DNA of 64,000 nt from Chloroflexota bacterium. GTDB taxonomy: Bacteria; Chloroflexota; Dehalococcoidia; UBA2979. A model generated the notes under the pieces. The model did not search any database. It was not told where the DNA came from and saw only the letters and a program-made list of their open reading frames with translations. The DNA is taken from positions 27,038 to 91,037 of the forward strand of contig JAQCIU010000001.1 in assembly GCA_027593235.1 (NCBI GenBank), read 5' to 3'. The stretch's first letter is position 1; each line of letters starts with the position of its first letter. A program made the position numbers and the translations under genes. Shown here piece after piece: positions 42,283-54,261 of the stretch.

Positions 42283-43215
42283 CTAGTACTCCTTGCGGTT
42301 GGGTTCGGTGGTGGGGGCTTCGGTGCCGGCGACGGCGCGGTCCTTGGGGGCCGAGTCGTAGGCGCCTCGGAAGTCGCGGAAGGGGCCGTCCCGCCATTCG
42401 AGGGCGCCTTTGAGGCCGTCTTCCTGGACGCGGCGTCCCCACTCGGCGGCGGCGGGGCGGAGCGCGCTGAGCGCCTGGATCTCCGTGCCGGAGGCGATCC
42501 CGTGGCGGATGCCCATGCTTTCGTACTGCCGGTTCACGGCGCGCTTGGAGTACATCAGCATATCGTTGTCGATGTGCGCCATGCGTCGGGCGAACTGCTC
42601 CGTGAATTCGTCCAGTTGGTCGCGCGGGACTGCGTAGTTGGCCCAGCCGAGGCGTGCCATCTCGGTACCGGAGACCGAATCTCCGACATAGGCGAACTCT
42701 CGAGCCTTGGCCGGGGGGAGGTGCCAGGGCGCCCACATCATGTCCATGGTGGTCATGGCGCGGACGGGCGGGTACCCGATCAGGGCGTCGTCCGCGACGA
42801 TGCGGAAATCACAGATCGTGGCGAGTTCGGTACCGCCAGCCAGGCAGTGGCCGTGAACCTGGGCGACGACCGGCTTCGCGAGTTCCCAGATGGTCCAGTT
42901 GGTCATGACCACGTGACGCGACCAGGTCTGGGGGCCGGGGTGGGTAGTGCCGGTTTCGGGCAGGTGCGATCGCGGGTTGACCATGTCGTTCTCGCCGGCG
43001 GCGCGGGATGGGGAGAGGTCGTAGCCGGCGGAGAAGGATCGACCGGCGGCTTTGAGGACGATGACGCCGACATCGGGGTCGTGCTCTGCTTCGCGCATCG
43101 CGTCCATGACTTCGCCGCGGAGGTTATTGCTCAGGGCGTTCAGTTTTTCGGGGCGGTTCAGCGTGATGAAGGCGAGGCGGCCATCGGTTTCGTAGATGAT
43201 GTCGCGGTAGTCGGG
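42283..43215 (-). CDS. Enoyl-CoA hydratase/isomerase (crotonase family).
   Basis: LAFITLNRPEKLNAL...AAGRSFSAGYDL...AQVHGHCLAGGTELA carries the crotonase signature. The start was set at MPDYRD. Confidence 0.85.
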   Translation of the reverse strand, partial: PDYRDIIYETDGRLAFITLNRPEKLNALSNNLRGEVMDAMREAEHDPDVGVIVLKAAGRSFSAGYDLSPSRAAGENDMVNPRSHLPETGTTHPGPQTWSRHVVMTNWTIWELAKPVVAQVHGHCLAGGTELATICDFRIVADDALIGYPPVRAMTTMDMMWAPWHLPPAKAREFAYVGDSVSGTEMARLGWANYAVPRDQLDEFTEQFARRMAHIDNDMLMYSKRAVNRQYESMGIRHGIASGTEIQALSALRPAAAEWGRRVQEDGLKGALEWRDGPFRDFRGAYDSAPKDRAVAGTEAPTTEPNRKEY

Positions 43216-43469
43216 CATCTCAGAATCTCCTCGGTGCTGTGCGCGCAGTCGGTGGGCGGGCACTCGGCAGATATATAACACTCGCGTGGTTGGCGTCCGA
43301 CCGCGGCCCGCCCGTATCCCTGACGAGCAGGCGGCCCCCGCACTCCCCGCTCGATGGTTCCTGTCCTGAGGCGCGCTCCCCGAGCGACGGCAGTTCGGCC
43401 TCGGGCGGTTCGACGGGCCTCGGAGGATTGGCTAACTGAGGCGAAGCACCATCAAGCCCCGAAGGGGCA

Positions 43470-44714
43470 CTAGCCGATCACCAGGGGAACGGTCATTTCG
43501 CGGTGGGAGAGACCGGAGTGGTGGGATCGCTGCTCCATGAAGTGCTCGCCATCGGCGCCGCCAGTGTAGCGCATCACGGAGTCATCGAGGGCGAGCGAGG
43601 TGAGGTCGCCGACGCGGCGCCGGGTTTCGTCGGCGAGTGGGTCCGGGCCAAGCAGCCGGAGATCCTCGAGATCCTGCGTGGAGATGAGAGCGAAGTGATC
43701 GCCGAAGCGCGACTCGAAGGCGCGGATGAAGGCGTCGTGCGCACCTTCGCGGAGGTGGTAGAAGCCGAGGCGCATGTCGCCGGAGGGCGGCGTGGTCAGG
43801 AAATCGATGAGCGGATCGTCGCCGGCGATCGGGAAGCGGGCGCCGGCGTCGCGGTGGCCGTGATCGGCGGTGAGGACGATGCGGGCATTGAGGCCGGAGA
43901 GGGTGGTCGCGAGTTCCGCGAGGCTTTCATCGATGTCGGCGAGGGCGTCGCGGGCCTCGTCCGATTCGGCGCCGTGCTCATGCGATTCGTGATCGAAGGC
44001 GGAGGTGTACCAGTAGGTGAAGGTGGGGCGGGAGGCGCCACCGATGCGTTCGGCGATGAGGTCGGCTGCCTGACGGTGGGTGCGGTACGCGAGGGTGGCG
44101 GCGCCGGCGCCGAACCAGGTGGAATAGGCGGAGTTGATGATCGCCCGTGGCTGGGAGACGGCGGCATCGGCGGTCATCCGACCGATCAGCGGCGTGCCGC
44201 GAAAGACCTCGGTGGGATCGACGCCGCAGTCGAGGAGCGCCGCGCCGTCTCCGAGGCGGATGAATGGGAGCACGCACGCGGTCTCGCGGAGTTGTGGCAG
44301 GTAGGTCCACCAGCCGACGGCGCCGTGTTCGGCCGGCCAGAGGCCGGTCGCCATCGAGGTGATGGCGGCGGCGGTGGTGGAGGGAAAGACGCTCTGGAGG
44401 TCACAGGCGAACTGGCGGCGCAGCCAGGAGTGGCGCGGCAGGTCGTCGAAAGCGTGGGTGCCGAGGCCGTCGACGAGGACGAAGACGATGTGCGAGGGCT
44501 GGCCGATCTGGTTGCTGATCGCCTTTGCGTTCGGCGAGAGATCGAGATCCGGGACGCCGCTGAGGGCCCCGACGGCGCGCACGAGATCGATGACGTTGGG
44601 TTGGGATGCGTCAGGGCGGCAGAGTGCATCAGCCTCGAATGCCGCGAGTAACCGGTCAACGTCGCCCATCGCGTCCGCCCTCGTTGGCGCCGACCGTAAC
44701 CGATTGGTGGGCAT
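43470..44714 (-). CDS. Alkaline-phosphatase-superfamily metalloenzyme (type I phosphodiesterase / nucleotide pyrophosphatase or phosphonoacetate-hydrolase-like).
   Basis: VFVLVDGLGTHAF and LTADHGH are metal-ligand motifs of the AP superfamily. Confidence 0.6.
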   Translation of the reverse strand: MPTNRLRSAPTRADAMGDVDRLLAAFEADALCRPDASQPNVIDLVRAVGALSGVPDLDLSPNAKAISNQIGQPSHIVFVLVDGLGTHAFDDLPRHSWLRRQFACDLQSVFPSTTAAAITSMATGLWPAEHGAVGWWTYLPQLRETACVLPFIRLGDGAALLDCGVDPTEVFRGTPLIGRMTADAAVSQPRAIINSAYSTWFGAGAATLAYRTHRQAADLIAERIGGASRPTFTYWYTSAFDHESHEHGAESDEARDALADIDESLAELATTLSGLNARIVLTADHGHRDAGARFPIAGDDPLIDFLTTPPSGDMRLGFYHLREGAHDAFIRAFESRFGDHFALISTQDLEDLRLLGPDPLADETRRRVGDLTSLALDDSVMRYTGGADGEHFMEQRSHHSGLSHREMTVPLVIG

Positions 44715-44792
44715 GGTCACCACTGCGGCGGCGGGCGGTGTGCTCCGCGAGGGGTGCCGAGCGGGCGAGCGCTGGGACCGAGCTGGCGCGTG

Positions 44793-46940
<2,148 letters not shown>

Positions 46941-46985
46941 GCGCGCAGTCCTCGGGGTGTTCGGATTCGCCTCGGGATCACCGTA

Positions 46986-47639
46986 TCACTGTGGGGGGCG
47001 TCGCTTGCCGGTGCGCCGCTGGTGGCGGCGGGTCCCGGAGCGGCTTGGGCCTCGATCGGAGGTCTCGGCAACGGGCGGACCGGAGCCGTGAACGATAGTG
47101 CGGTGGGTGCGGAAACGGCGATCGTCACCGGGTGCGTCGCGTCCAATGACCGTGAAGTTACCCCAGCGGTCGAGGAGGATGTCTTCGGTAGGTGCTTCGC
47201 GGATCGCGGGGTCGATGGCGATTCGCATCTCCGCGAGATCTACCGTGAGCCAGCCGGTTACCCCGTCGAGCGGGAGGAGTGCATCGAAGTCAAGATCCTC
47301 GCGATAGCCGGCGCGTGGCTGTGTCGAGAGGTCGACGGAGAACTGGTACGGGCCCCAGTGGCGCGACGGCTGACGGTCACCGAGAAACCAAATCACGCCC
47401 TCGAGGCGCGTTGGGTCCGTGTCGAACAGGTAGGCGGACAGGCCGATGCCGTCCTCGGATAAGCCGACTAGCTCGTCGCGACCGGAGTGCGCGACCTCCA
47501 CACTGATGCGCCGTCCGAGTCCGAAGCAGAAGCGCTCTTCATCCACGCCTTGGAGGGTAGCGTCTGGGGTGAGGAACTGGTGAGGTGGCCGCGCCACGCC
47601 GAGTTGAAACCCCAGCGGTCGCCCGGTTCCAGTGAGCAC
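46986..47639 (-). CDS. Hypothetical protein.
   Basis: A 217-aa ORF upstream of, and co-directional with, the YyaL-like gene. The globular part is protein-like and the C-terminal tail is basic and low-complexity. Confidence 0.4.
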   Translation of the reverse strand: MLTGTGRPLGFQLGVARPPHQFLTPDATLQGVDEERFCFGLGRRISVEVAHSGRDELVGLSEDGIGLSAYLFDTDPTRLEGVIWFLGDRQPSRHWGPYQFSVDLSTQPRAGYREDLDFDALLPLDGVTGWLTVDLAEMRIAIDPAIREAPTEDILLDRWGNFTVIGRDAPGDDRRFRTHRTIVHGSGPPVAETSDRGPSRSGTRRHQRRTGKRRPPQ

Positions 47640-47751
47640 CTCGAGGCTGCCGGGACGGGGGCTGCGGCAATCCTCGACCCGATGCCTCTAGCCAGAAGCC
47701 AAATACTTGTCGACAGTCTATCGTTAGATAAACGATCGATTGGAGACAGTA

Positions 47752-47889
47752 ATGAGTGTGTTACCGCCGGGCCTCGTCGTGGCCCTCGTCGCTCTGGTGG
47801 TCGCCTGGATCTGCGTTCCCATTGGCTGGCACGACCGCGATCTCGACGAGATGTCTGAACGACTCGCCGGGGAACTGTTCGACGATTAG
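47752..47889 (+). CDS. Small hydrophobic protein (45 aa), hypothetical.
   Basis: MSVLPPGLVVALVALVVAWICVPIGWHDRDLDEMSERLAGELFDD. RBS GGAGA lies 6 nt upstream. An AT-rich palindrome-containing promoter region sits immediately upstream. The ORF is below the length cutoff of the supplied ORF track. Confidence 0.35.
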   Translation: MSVLPPGLVVALVALVVAWICVPIGWHDRDLDEMSERLAGELFDD

Positions 47890-48207
47890 GCCACAGTGGT
47901 CCCGGTAACGCCGGAGATCTTCTTCGGCTAGGGAACCCAGGCCCACGATGCACCCCGCCAGGCGAGTGTTGCCGTCGCCAGCAGAACAGGCGCAGTCGCC
48001 GTCGAGGATCGCAGCGTTCCCGGAGCACGCGGCTGCCTGTGGCGTTGTCGGCCATCCCGAGGACTCATACCCGACCGGTTCACTGAATACCGCCACGCCC
48101 TTGAGTCCGTCAGGATCGTTGCCGACGACCCGACCGTCGGTGGCGCGGCTGTTGAGTACGGTTGAGGCGGCGTTTGGCGCGGTGCGGATCGAGCGATGGG
48201 TGGCTAG

Positions 48208-48729
48208 GTGATCGGGACGGGCGACGGAACGGATCGGGTTCGACTACGACCACCGACGGATGCCGATGGCGAGGTGTTGCGGCGCCTCCGCTCCGAAGCG
48301 GAAGCGTCGCCGTTTAACTGGTTTGGCGCTCCGTTCAGTGGTGACGATGCGGCGTCCGAGGGGCGGCGCATCGTGGCGGAGTTCACGGACGAGCAGGGTC
48401 ACGCAGTGCCGGTTGGGGATCTGACCTGGCACGAGGTGCGGTACGGGCCGAATCCGGAGAGTGCGGCGTGCAACCTGGGTATCACGCTGCTGGCCGAGTA
48501 CCGAGGGCGGGGGATTGGGAGTGAGGCGCAGCGGTTGCTCGCGGAGCATCTGTTCGCGACGACGACGACGAACCGCGTGGAGGCGTCGACGGAAGTGACG
48601 AATGTGGCGGAGCAACGGTCGCTGGAGCGAGCCGGGTTCACGCGCGAGGGGACGGCGCGCGGGGCGCAGTTCCGAGACGGCGAGTATCGCGACATGGTGA
48701 CGTACAGCCGGCTTCGCTCGGACTCGTAG
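48208..48729 (+). CDS. GNAT-family N-acetyltransferase (RimL/RimJ-like).
   Basis: A 173-aa protein with the acetyl-CoA motif (RGRGIGSEAQRLL). Confidence 0.75.
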   Translation: MIGTGDGTDRVRLRPPTDADGEVLRRLRSEAEASPFNWFGAPFSGDDAASEGRRIVAEFTDEQGHAVPVGDLTWHEVRYGPNPESAACNLGITLLAEYRGRGIGSEAQRLLAEHLFATTTTNRVEASTEVTNVAEQRSLERAGFTREGTARGAQFRDGEYRDMVTYSRLRSDS

Positions 48730-48764
48730 CGCGCGCGACACGGGCGGCGACGGAGGTCGATTCG

Positions 48765-49130
48765 ATGGTCTCGAGGGCGTTCGAGTCGCCGGGGCGTGGC
48801 ACCCGCGTGGCGATCGTGGCGATCAAGGCGTTTCACTCGGCGATCTTTTTCGTGAATTCGGCGGCGATTCTCTACCTGTTCCAGGCAGGCGTTCGAGGGC
48901 GATCGGGGCGGTGGACTCGGCCTGCCCTCGGGGCTGTGGGGGTGGAGTTGGTGGCGCTGGCGCTCAGCGGTGGGGCTTGTCCGCTGACTCGGTTGGTTGA
49001 GCGAATGGGGGCCGAGGATGGGCGGGTCTCCGACATCTTCTTGCCGATGTGGTTTGCGGATCGGATTCCGTGGTTGTGTACGCCGCCGTTGGTTGTGGGT
49101 GTGGTGGGTCTGTTGCTGCGGAGGCGGTAG
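48765..49130 (+). CDS. Hypothetical integral membrane protein (about 3 TM helices).
   Basis: A 121-aa hydrophobic protein. The competing minus-strand ORFs here are PR-rich low-complexity. Confidence 0.5.
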   Translation: MVSRAFESPGRGTRVAIVAIKAFHSAIFFVNSAAILYLFQAGVRGRSGRWTRPALGAVGVELVALALSGGACPLTRLVERMGAEDGRVSDIFLPMWFADRIPWLCTPPLVVGVVGLLLRRR

Positions 49131-49238
49131 CCGCTGTCGAGGAGTGCTGTCGCGCTTGCGGCGGAAGCCGTACGCGCGGTCTCTGCGTGGGGCGGCGAGC
49201 GGCGTGCTCCGCACCCGCCTGTCGAGGGAATGGCGGCG

Positions 49239-50537
49239 CTACTTCGGGTTGAGGAGGCGGGCCTGGGTGCTGCGGGCGTAGTGGCCGAGGTGGTCGAAGT
49301 GGCTGACTTCGACCAGGCCGACGCCGTTGGCGTGGGTGGATCGGTCGGCGCGGAGGGCCAGCCATTCGCCTTCGGGTGGGCGGAGCAGGTGGACAGAGAT
49401 GTCCGTGTTGATGAAGGAAGCGTTGGCGCGCTGGTCGGGGTCTTGCCAGTCGGCGGCGTAGTTGGCGAGCGCGTTGCCGAAGTCGGAGACCGCGGCGAGG
49501 CGCTGGAAGGGGGTGGGTTCTTCGCCGGCGACGATGGGGAAGGGGACCCGGATCCAGGCGAGCGATCCGCGTGGGGCGTCGGGTAATTCGGGCCAGCGGG
49601 TTTCGACGAGGGTGTGGAAGCCGCCGCTTCGACCGGGCGGCAGCGGGGCGCCGCGGCTGAGGCCGAGCGCGGTTTCGAGGCCTTCGGGGCCCGGTGGCGG
49701 CGCAATCGGGTTCGTCTCGGGGCCTTCCGATCGGCGGAGGAAGAGGACCTGCGCTCGGGTGACTTCGAGGTTCCCGGCGAGTACGGAGACGCGCGCAACC
49801 ACGACGCGACGGCCCTCTCGGATCAGTTCGACCTGGGTGTGTAGCGCCGTACGGGGGACGGCGCGGAAGAGGTCGATGGTGATTCTGGCGGGGAGCAGGT
49901 CGGAGCCGGAACCGGTGCCCTCGGCGGCCCGGCTTGTTGCGACAGCACGCTCGGCGGCGCGGGCAACCAGGGCGGCGATCGGGCCGCCGTGGAGAACGTC
50001 GGTGCCCCATGCGCTGGCGGCGTAGGGGGTGGGCAGCAGCGCGTCGCCGTAGGGGACGAACGCGGCGGCTTCGCCGGGAATGGCTTTGGCGGCTTCGGCG
50101 AAGGTGATGCTCGTGACGAGTAGCTCGGCATCGCCTTCCGCCGTCGATCCGTCCTCGGTGCTAGCGGTGTCCTCGGAGGTGATGTCGGCCGCGTCGGCGC
50201 TGGGTTCGGCTGCCTCCGGGGTGTCGGATTCGACTGCGGCCGAGGCTTCGGCTTCGGCCGGGGGCGGATCGTCGGATTCAATTGCGAGCACTGCGGCGCT
50301 CTCAGGTGTGGGCGGCGCGCTGGGCTCGGCGGCCGCGCTGGTGCTGAGTTCGTCGGCAGGCGGGGTGCTGGCTTCGGGCGCGGGGGTGTCTTCGCTCAGG
50401 GTGTCCGGCGCCGGAGGGGCGGGTTGTTCGGTCGGTCGCGCGGCATCGAGGTCAGCCGTCGCGGAGGCGGACAGGGGATCGGCGGTGTCGGATTGGGCAG
50501 CAAGGGGCGGCTGCTCGGAGAGGTTGGCGTCGCTCAC
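49239..50537 (-). CDS. Thioesterase-like (hotdog-fold) protein with a ~170-aa acidic low-complexity N-terminal region.
   Basis: The C-terminal ~260 aa are globular (..GGPIAALVARAAE...FINTDISVHLLRPPEGEWLAL..). The N-terminus is a disordered-looking stretch rich in D, E, A, P, S and T. Confidence 0.45.
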   Translation of the reverse strand: MSDANLSEQPPLAAQSDTADPLSASATADLDAARPTEQPAPPAPDTLSEDTPAPEASTPPADELSTSAAAEPSAPPTPESAAVLAIESDDPPPAEAEASAAVESDTPEAAEPSADAADITSEDTASTEDGSTAEGDAELLVTSITFAEAAKAIPGEAAAFVPYGDALLPTPYAASAWGTDVLHGGPIAALVARAAERAVATSRAAEGTGSGSDLLPARITIDLFRAVPRTALHTQVELIREGRRVVVARVSVLAGNLEVTRAQVLFLRRSEGPETNPIAPPPGPEGLETALGLSRGAPLPPGRSGGFHTLVETRWPELPDAPRGSLAWIRVPFPIVAGEEPTPFQRLAAVSDFGNALANYAADWQDPDQRANASFINTDISVHLLRPPEGEWLALRADRSTHANGVGLVEVSHFDHLGHYARSTQARLLNPK

Positions 50538-50570
50538 GAGGTGGCGATCAGGGCGTGTGAAGAGGCGATG

Positions 50571-50759
50571 TTACTTCGCAGCCTGGTCGGAGGTTGGGGC
50601 GGCGGCAGCGGTCCAGCGGCGCATCTCGTCGATGTGATCGGCGGGGTTGATGTCGGGCTTGCGGCCGGGGAGGACAGAGCGGAGCTTGTGGCGCGCCACG
50701 GTGGCGGCCGGCGCGACGGCGGCCATCATTGGGACCCAGATGTGGACGGGGCAGCCCAT
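50571..50759 (-). CDS. Small hypothetical protein (62 aa).
   Basis: MGCPVHIWVPMMAAVAPAATVARHKLRSVLPGRKPDINPADHIDEMRRWTAAAAPTSDQAAK. RBS GAGGAG lies 6 nt upstream. It sits between the GNAT and thioesterase-like genes on the same strand. Confidence 0.4.
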   Translation of the reverse strand: MGCPVHIWVPMMAAVAPAATVARHKLRSVLPGRKPDINPADHIDEMRRWTAAAAPTSDQAAK

Positions 50760-50901
50760 GCGTTGCTCCTCGATCCGCTCGTTAGAGCGTGAGCGTAGCA
50801 ACGAGGCCGCAGGCGGGCTACCGGGCTGTCGCTTGATGAACAGCAGCAGGCGCGGCCGTTGTTGTCCCGGCGGCGCTACGCGCTCGGGCTGTCGGGTCGC
50901 G

Positions 50902-51489
50902 CTACACGCTCGGGGCGGCTGGCCAGTCCTCGCGCGCGATCGCGTATTCGAGGTCGTCGCCGTCCCACGAGGTGAGGTCCGGGCGGTGCGCCGTGTCCGA
51001 GGTGGCAAGCTGCTCCGGCGTTGGGCGGAAGCGGCGGCGCAGCGTCAGGCCGAGGCGGTCCATGACGCGCTGAGAGGCGAGGTTGTCCTCGTAGGTGTTC
51101 GCGATGACGCGGTCCGTTGCGCCGCCGGCGAACGCGCGGGCGACGAGGGCGCGCGCGGCCTCGGTGGCGTAACCGTGGCCCCAGGCGTCGCGCCCGAACC
51201 GGTAGCCGAGTTCGGCTTCGCGCGGATCGGCGGCGGTTGGTCGGAGCGAGACCCAGCCGAGGAAGGCGCTGCTCTCCAGTGCGCAGACGGCGAAGCACCC
51301 GAAGTGCGGCCGAGCGGGATCGTGGCGCATGAGGTTGGGGAGCAGGGTCGTCTCGATGACCTCGAGCGGGGTGGGGACGCCGCCGTTGATGTAGCGCATC
51401 ACCTCGGGATCGTTGTCGAGTGCGTGGATGGCGGGCGCGTCATCGGCGGTGAGGCGGCGGAGCAGGAGGCGGTCGGTCTCGATTGGCAT
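50902..51489 (-). CDS. GNAT-family N-acetyltransferase (RimJ/RimL-like).
   Basis: The start was set at MPIETDRLLLRRLTADD. The GNAT core is present (..GWVSL...GYRFGRDAWGHGYATEAARAL..). Confidence 0.75.
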   Translation of the reverse strand: MPIETDRLLLRRLTADDAPAIHALDNDPEVMRYINGGVPTPLEVIETTLLPNLMRHDPARPHFGCFAVCALESSAFLGWVSLRPTAADPREAELGYRFGRDAWGHGYATEAARALVARAFAGGATDRVIANTYEDNLASQRVMDRLGLTLRRRFRPTPEQLATSDTAHRPDLTSWDGDDLEYAIAREDWPAAPSV

Positions 51490-51511
51490 CGGGGCTTGGC
51501 GGTCGCGGCCG

Positions 51512-52495
51512 CTAGCCGCCCGCGGCGGCGAGCTGTTCGGCGTAGGCCGCGATGACCGTCTCGCTGCCGGTGCCGGGCGCGTCACCGCGGCGGGCGGCGT
51601 CGTTCGAGAGGATCTGGACGGCGCGGTTGTAGGGGGTGGGGACGCCGTGAAGGGCGCCGAGGAGCGCGATCTCGCCGTTGAGGTAGTCGGCCTCGATGCC
51701 GCGCCCGCGCGCGAGACTCTGCCACGCCGAGGTGCCGCGCCGCTCGTAGCCGGGGACATCGCCCTGCGACATGACGGCGCGGTGGCGCGTGCCAAGTTCC
51801 TCGGGGGTGGCGACATCGATACCCGCCGCTGCGAAGGCGGCGTCGGCTTCCTCGATCATCCGCGCGACGACGGGGCCGCCGCGGCTCTCGTTGCCGATCA
51901 GGGCGTCCATGGCGTTGTTGAGGTTGCTGCGGAGTTTGGCGTACTTGATGCGCATGGGCAGCGGATCGAGTTTGGCGATCATGCCACTGGTGCTGATGTC
52001 CGCGCAGACCTGTTCGATCAGCGGATCGAGGCCGTGTGGGTAGCGGCCGGCATCGAGCCAGGCGCTGATCGGCGTGCCGTGGAGGACCACCTCGCCAGGA
52101 TCGAGGAACGTCGAGGGCATCATCACGAGCATGGCGTAGACGCGGGTGAACCGGCGCGCCGCTTCGCGCTCGTTGTTGACGCCGTTCTGGGCGCAGATGA
52201 CGGGGATGCCGGGACCGGCGATTGCGCGCAGCGTATCGAGGGCGGCGATGCTGTCCTGCGATTTAGTGGTGAGCAGGACGACGTCGTCCTCGCGGAACTC
52301 GATCTCGGCGGGGTGATCGACGGCGGTGACAGGCTCGGTAAATGTCCCATGCGGGGTGCGAGCGGTCAGCCCGTCGGTGAGCATCCTCGCGAGGTGGGCG
52401 CCACGGGCGATCAGCACGACCTCGTGACCGTGCCGCTGGAGCAGGACGCCGATGCCGCCGCCGATCGCTCCGGCACCGTAGATGATGTAACGCAC
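51512..52495 (-). CDS. 2-dehydropantoate 2-reductase (ketopantoate reductase, ApbA/PanE family).
   Basis: N-terminal Rossmann motif (YIIYGAGAIGGGIG) and the C-terminal ApbA_C domain. Confidence 0.8.
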   Translation of the reverse strand: MRYIIYGAGAIGGGIGVLLQRHGHEVVLIARGAHLARMLTDGLTARTPHGTFTEPVTAVDHPAEIEFREDDVVLLTTKSQDSIAALDTLRAIAGPGIPVICAQNGVNNEREAARRFTRVYAMLVMMPSTFLDPGEVVLHGTPISAWLDAGRYPHGLDPLIEQVCADISTSGMIAKLDPLPMRIKYAKLRSNLNNAMDALIGNESRGGPVVARMIEEADAAFAAAGIDVATPEELGTRHRAVMSQGDVPGYERRGTSAWQSLARGRGIEADYLNGEIALLGALHGVPTPYNRAVQILSNDAARRGDAPGTGSETVIAAYAEQLAAAGG

Positions 52496-52552
52496 CGTGC
52501 CGCCGTTCGCTGCGAGCGCGGGCGGTTCCCGCGCATGCCATGATGACCCCAG

Positions 52553-53650
52553 ATGGTTGACCGCACGTTACCGAACTCTTCCAGCGACGCGGATCGTTCC
52601 GGTTGGAGCGATGGCACGCGTCCGTTTCGCGCGGCGCGCTGGTTGCCGGGTGGACACCTGCAGACGGTCGGGCCGGCGCTGTTTTCGCTGCCGCCCGAGC
52701 CGCTCTCGCGGCGCATCGTCGTCGAGGTCGAAGCGGCCTCCGAGGCCGCTCCCGGCGGCGGCGCGGGCGGTGCGCGCGGGGCGTCCTCGGTGGAGGTGCT
52801 GATCTCGGAGAACGTGCGGCGTCCGGCACGCGGGACGATCGTGACGGTGCACGGCCTCGGTGGATCGGCGCGCACGGGGGATTCGCGACGGACGGCGACG
52901 CAGGCGTTGGCCGCTGGCTGGGACGTCGCGCGGGTGAACCTGCGGAACTGCGGGGGGACGGAAGCGCTGTCCTCGACGCTCTACAACGCGACCCAGAGCG
53001 GCGACATCGGGCAAGTCCTCGGGGCGCTCGAGCGCGAGGGGCTGCCGCGGCCATACGCCGTGGTGTCGTTCTCGCTGGGGGCGAACCAGGTGCTGTTGCA
53101 CGCCGCGGAGGCCGGAGCCGGATGCGGGGCGGACGCGATCGTGGCGGTGAATCCGCCAATCGATCTGGCGGCGGCGAACCGGGCGATCCGTCGACCGGAG
53201 AACGCGCTCTATCACCTGCGGTACACACAGTCGCTCTGCGCACTCCTGGATCGGGTGCGCACGGACCGACCGGTGGCGGGGCCGCCGGCGCGCTGGTGGC
53301 AACTGCGCAGCGTGCGTCGGTTCGATCAGCAGTACACGGTGCCGGACGCGGGCCAGCCAGACGTGGAGACCTATTACGCGGTGGCGAGCGCCGGGCCGCG
53401 CCTGGGCGCAATCACGGTACCGACGCTGGTGCTGTCCGCCGTGGACGATCCGATCGTGCGGCTCGAGTCCTTCGAGGCGTATCGCACCCCTCGAGATCAC
53501 GCGGTGCGCTTCGAGCATCCGGCGTCGGGCGGGCACTGCGGATACTGGCAGCGCGGGCAGCCGCGACCGTGGGCGCCGCGGCGGGCGCTGGCGTTCCTCG
53601 ATGAGGTGCTCGGTGACGCGGGAGATCGGGCACGGGGCGGCAGTTCATAG
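52553..53650 (+). CDS. Alpha/beta-fold hydrolase (YheT/abhydrolase-type).
   Basis: TVHGLGGSARTGD and VSFSLGANQV carry the nucleophile-elbow GxSxG motif. The product is 365 aa. Confidence 0.7.
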   Translation: MVDRTLPNSSSDADRSGWSDGTRPFRAARWLPGGHLQTVGPALFSLPPEPLSRRIVVEVEAASEAAPGGGAGGARGASSVEVLISENVRRPARGTIVTVHGLGGSARTGDSRRTATQALAAGWDVARVNLRNCGGTEALSSTLYNATQSGDIGQVLGALEREGLPRPYAVVSFSLGANQVLLHAAEAGAGCGADAIVAVNPPIDLAAANRAIRRPENALYHLRYTQSLCALLDRVRTDRPVAGPPARWWQLRSVRRFDQQYTVPDAGQPDVETYYAVASAGPRLGAITVPTLVLSAVDDPIVRLESFEAYRTPRDHAVRFEHPASGGHCGYWQRGQPRPWAPRRALAFLDEVLGDAGDRARGGSS

Positions 53651-53707
53651 GCGGTGCAGTCGTTAGGATTTCCTCCCTGGGTCGTAGGCGCCCGAGAGGG
53701 GATCTGG

Positions 53708-54163
53708 ATGAAGCGGATTGGTGTGCTGGGTTTGAGCGTCCTGGCGGTGATGGTGCTAGGCGCGTGTTACGACGCCGGAGCGCAGCGCGAAGATCGGTTC
53801 GAGGCGCAGCGCGAGGTGTTCGAGGGGCGCGTTCCGGAAGGCGGGGTTTCAACGCCCGCGCCGACGCCGGTGGATCCGGACGCGACGGTCGATCCGAACG
53901 ATCCGTCCTCAGCGATTGTTCAGGAGCTCCCGGTCGGCGAGTACTTTGCCTCGCTGTGCGCTGGCTGCCACGGGCTGGATCGCAGTGGCGGCGTTGGGCT
54001 GCCGTTGTTGCGTGAGGGGCTGACGGAGCCGGACGATTTCTACACGCAGACGATTATGAACGGGCGCGCCGGCACGGCGATGGCGGCGTATGGCGGCGGC
54101 GCGGTGCTGACCGACGCCGAGGTGTCGGCGATCGTGACCTGGCTGAAGAACACCGACCCGTAG
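53708..54163 (+). CDS. c-type cytochrome (class I) lipoprotein.
   Basis: Signal peptide with a lipobox (VLGACYD) and the heme-binding motif CAGCHG. The start was set at MKRIGVLG. Confidence 0.8.
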   Translation: MKRIGVLGLSVLAVMVLGACYDAGAQREDRFEAQREVFEGRVPEGGVSTPAPTPVDPDATVDPNDPSSAIVQELPVGEYFASLCAGCHGLDRSGGVGLPLLREGLTEPDDFYTQTIMNGRAGTAMAAYGGGAVLTDAEVSAIVTWLKNTDP

Positions 54164-54261
54164 CCGAGACCGATCGACCTCGAGAGCTGAAACGGCCGTC
54201 GCGAGAGCGACGGCCGTTTCGTTGTCGCGTCCGCGCGTGCGCGCGGCCGTCGCGCGTGCGG

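Noticed and set aside
48399-50010. PR-rich minus-strand ORFs (48399..49214, 48872..49798, 48964..50010).
   Set aside because: Proline/arginine low-complexity translations that overlap the membrane-protein and thioesterase-like genes. They are GC-frame artefacts.
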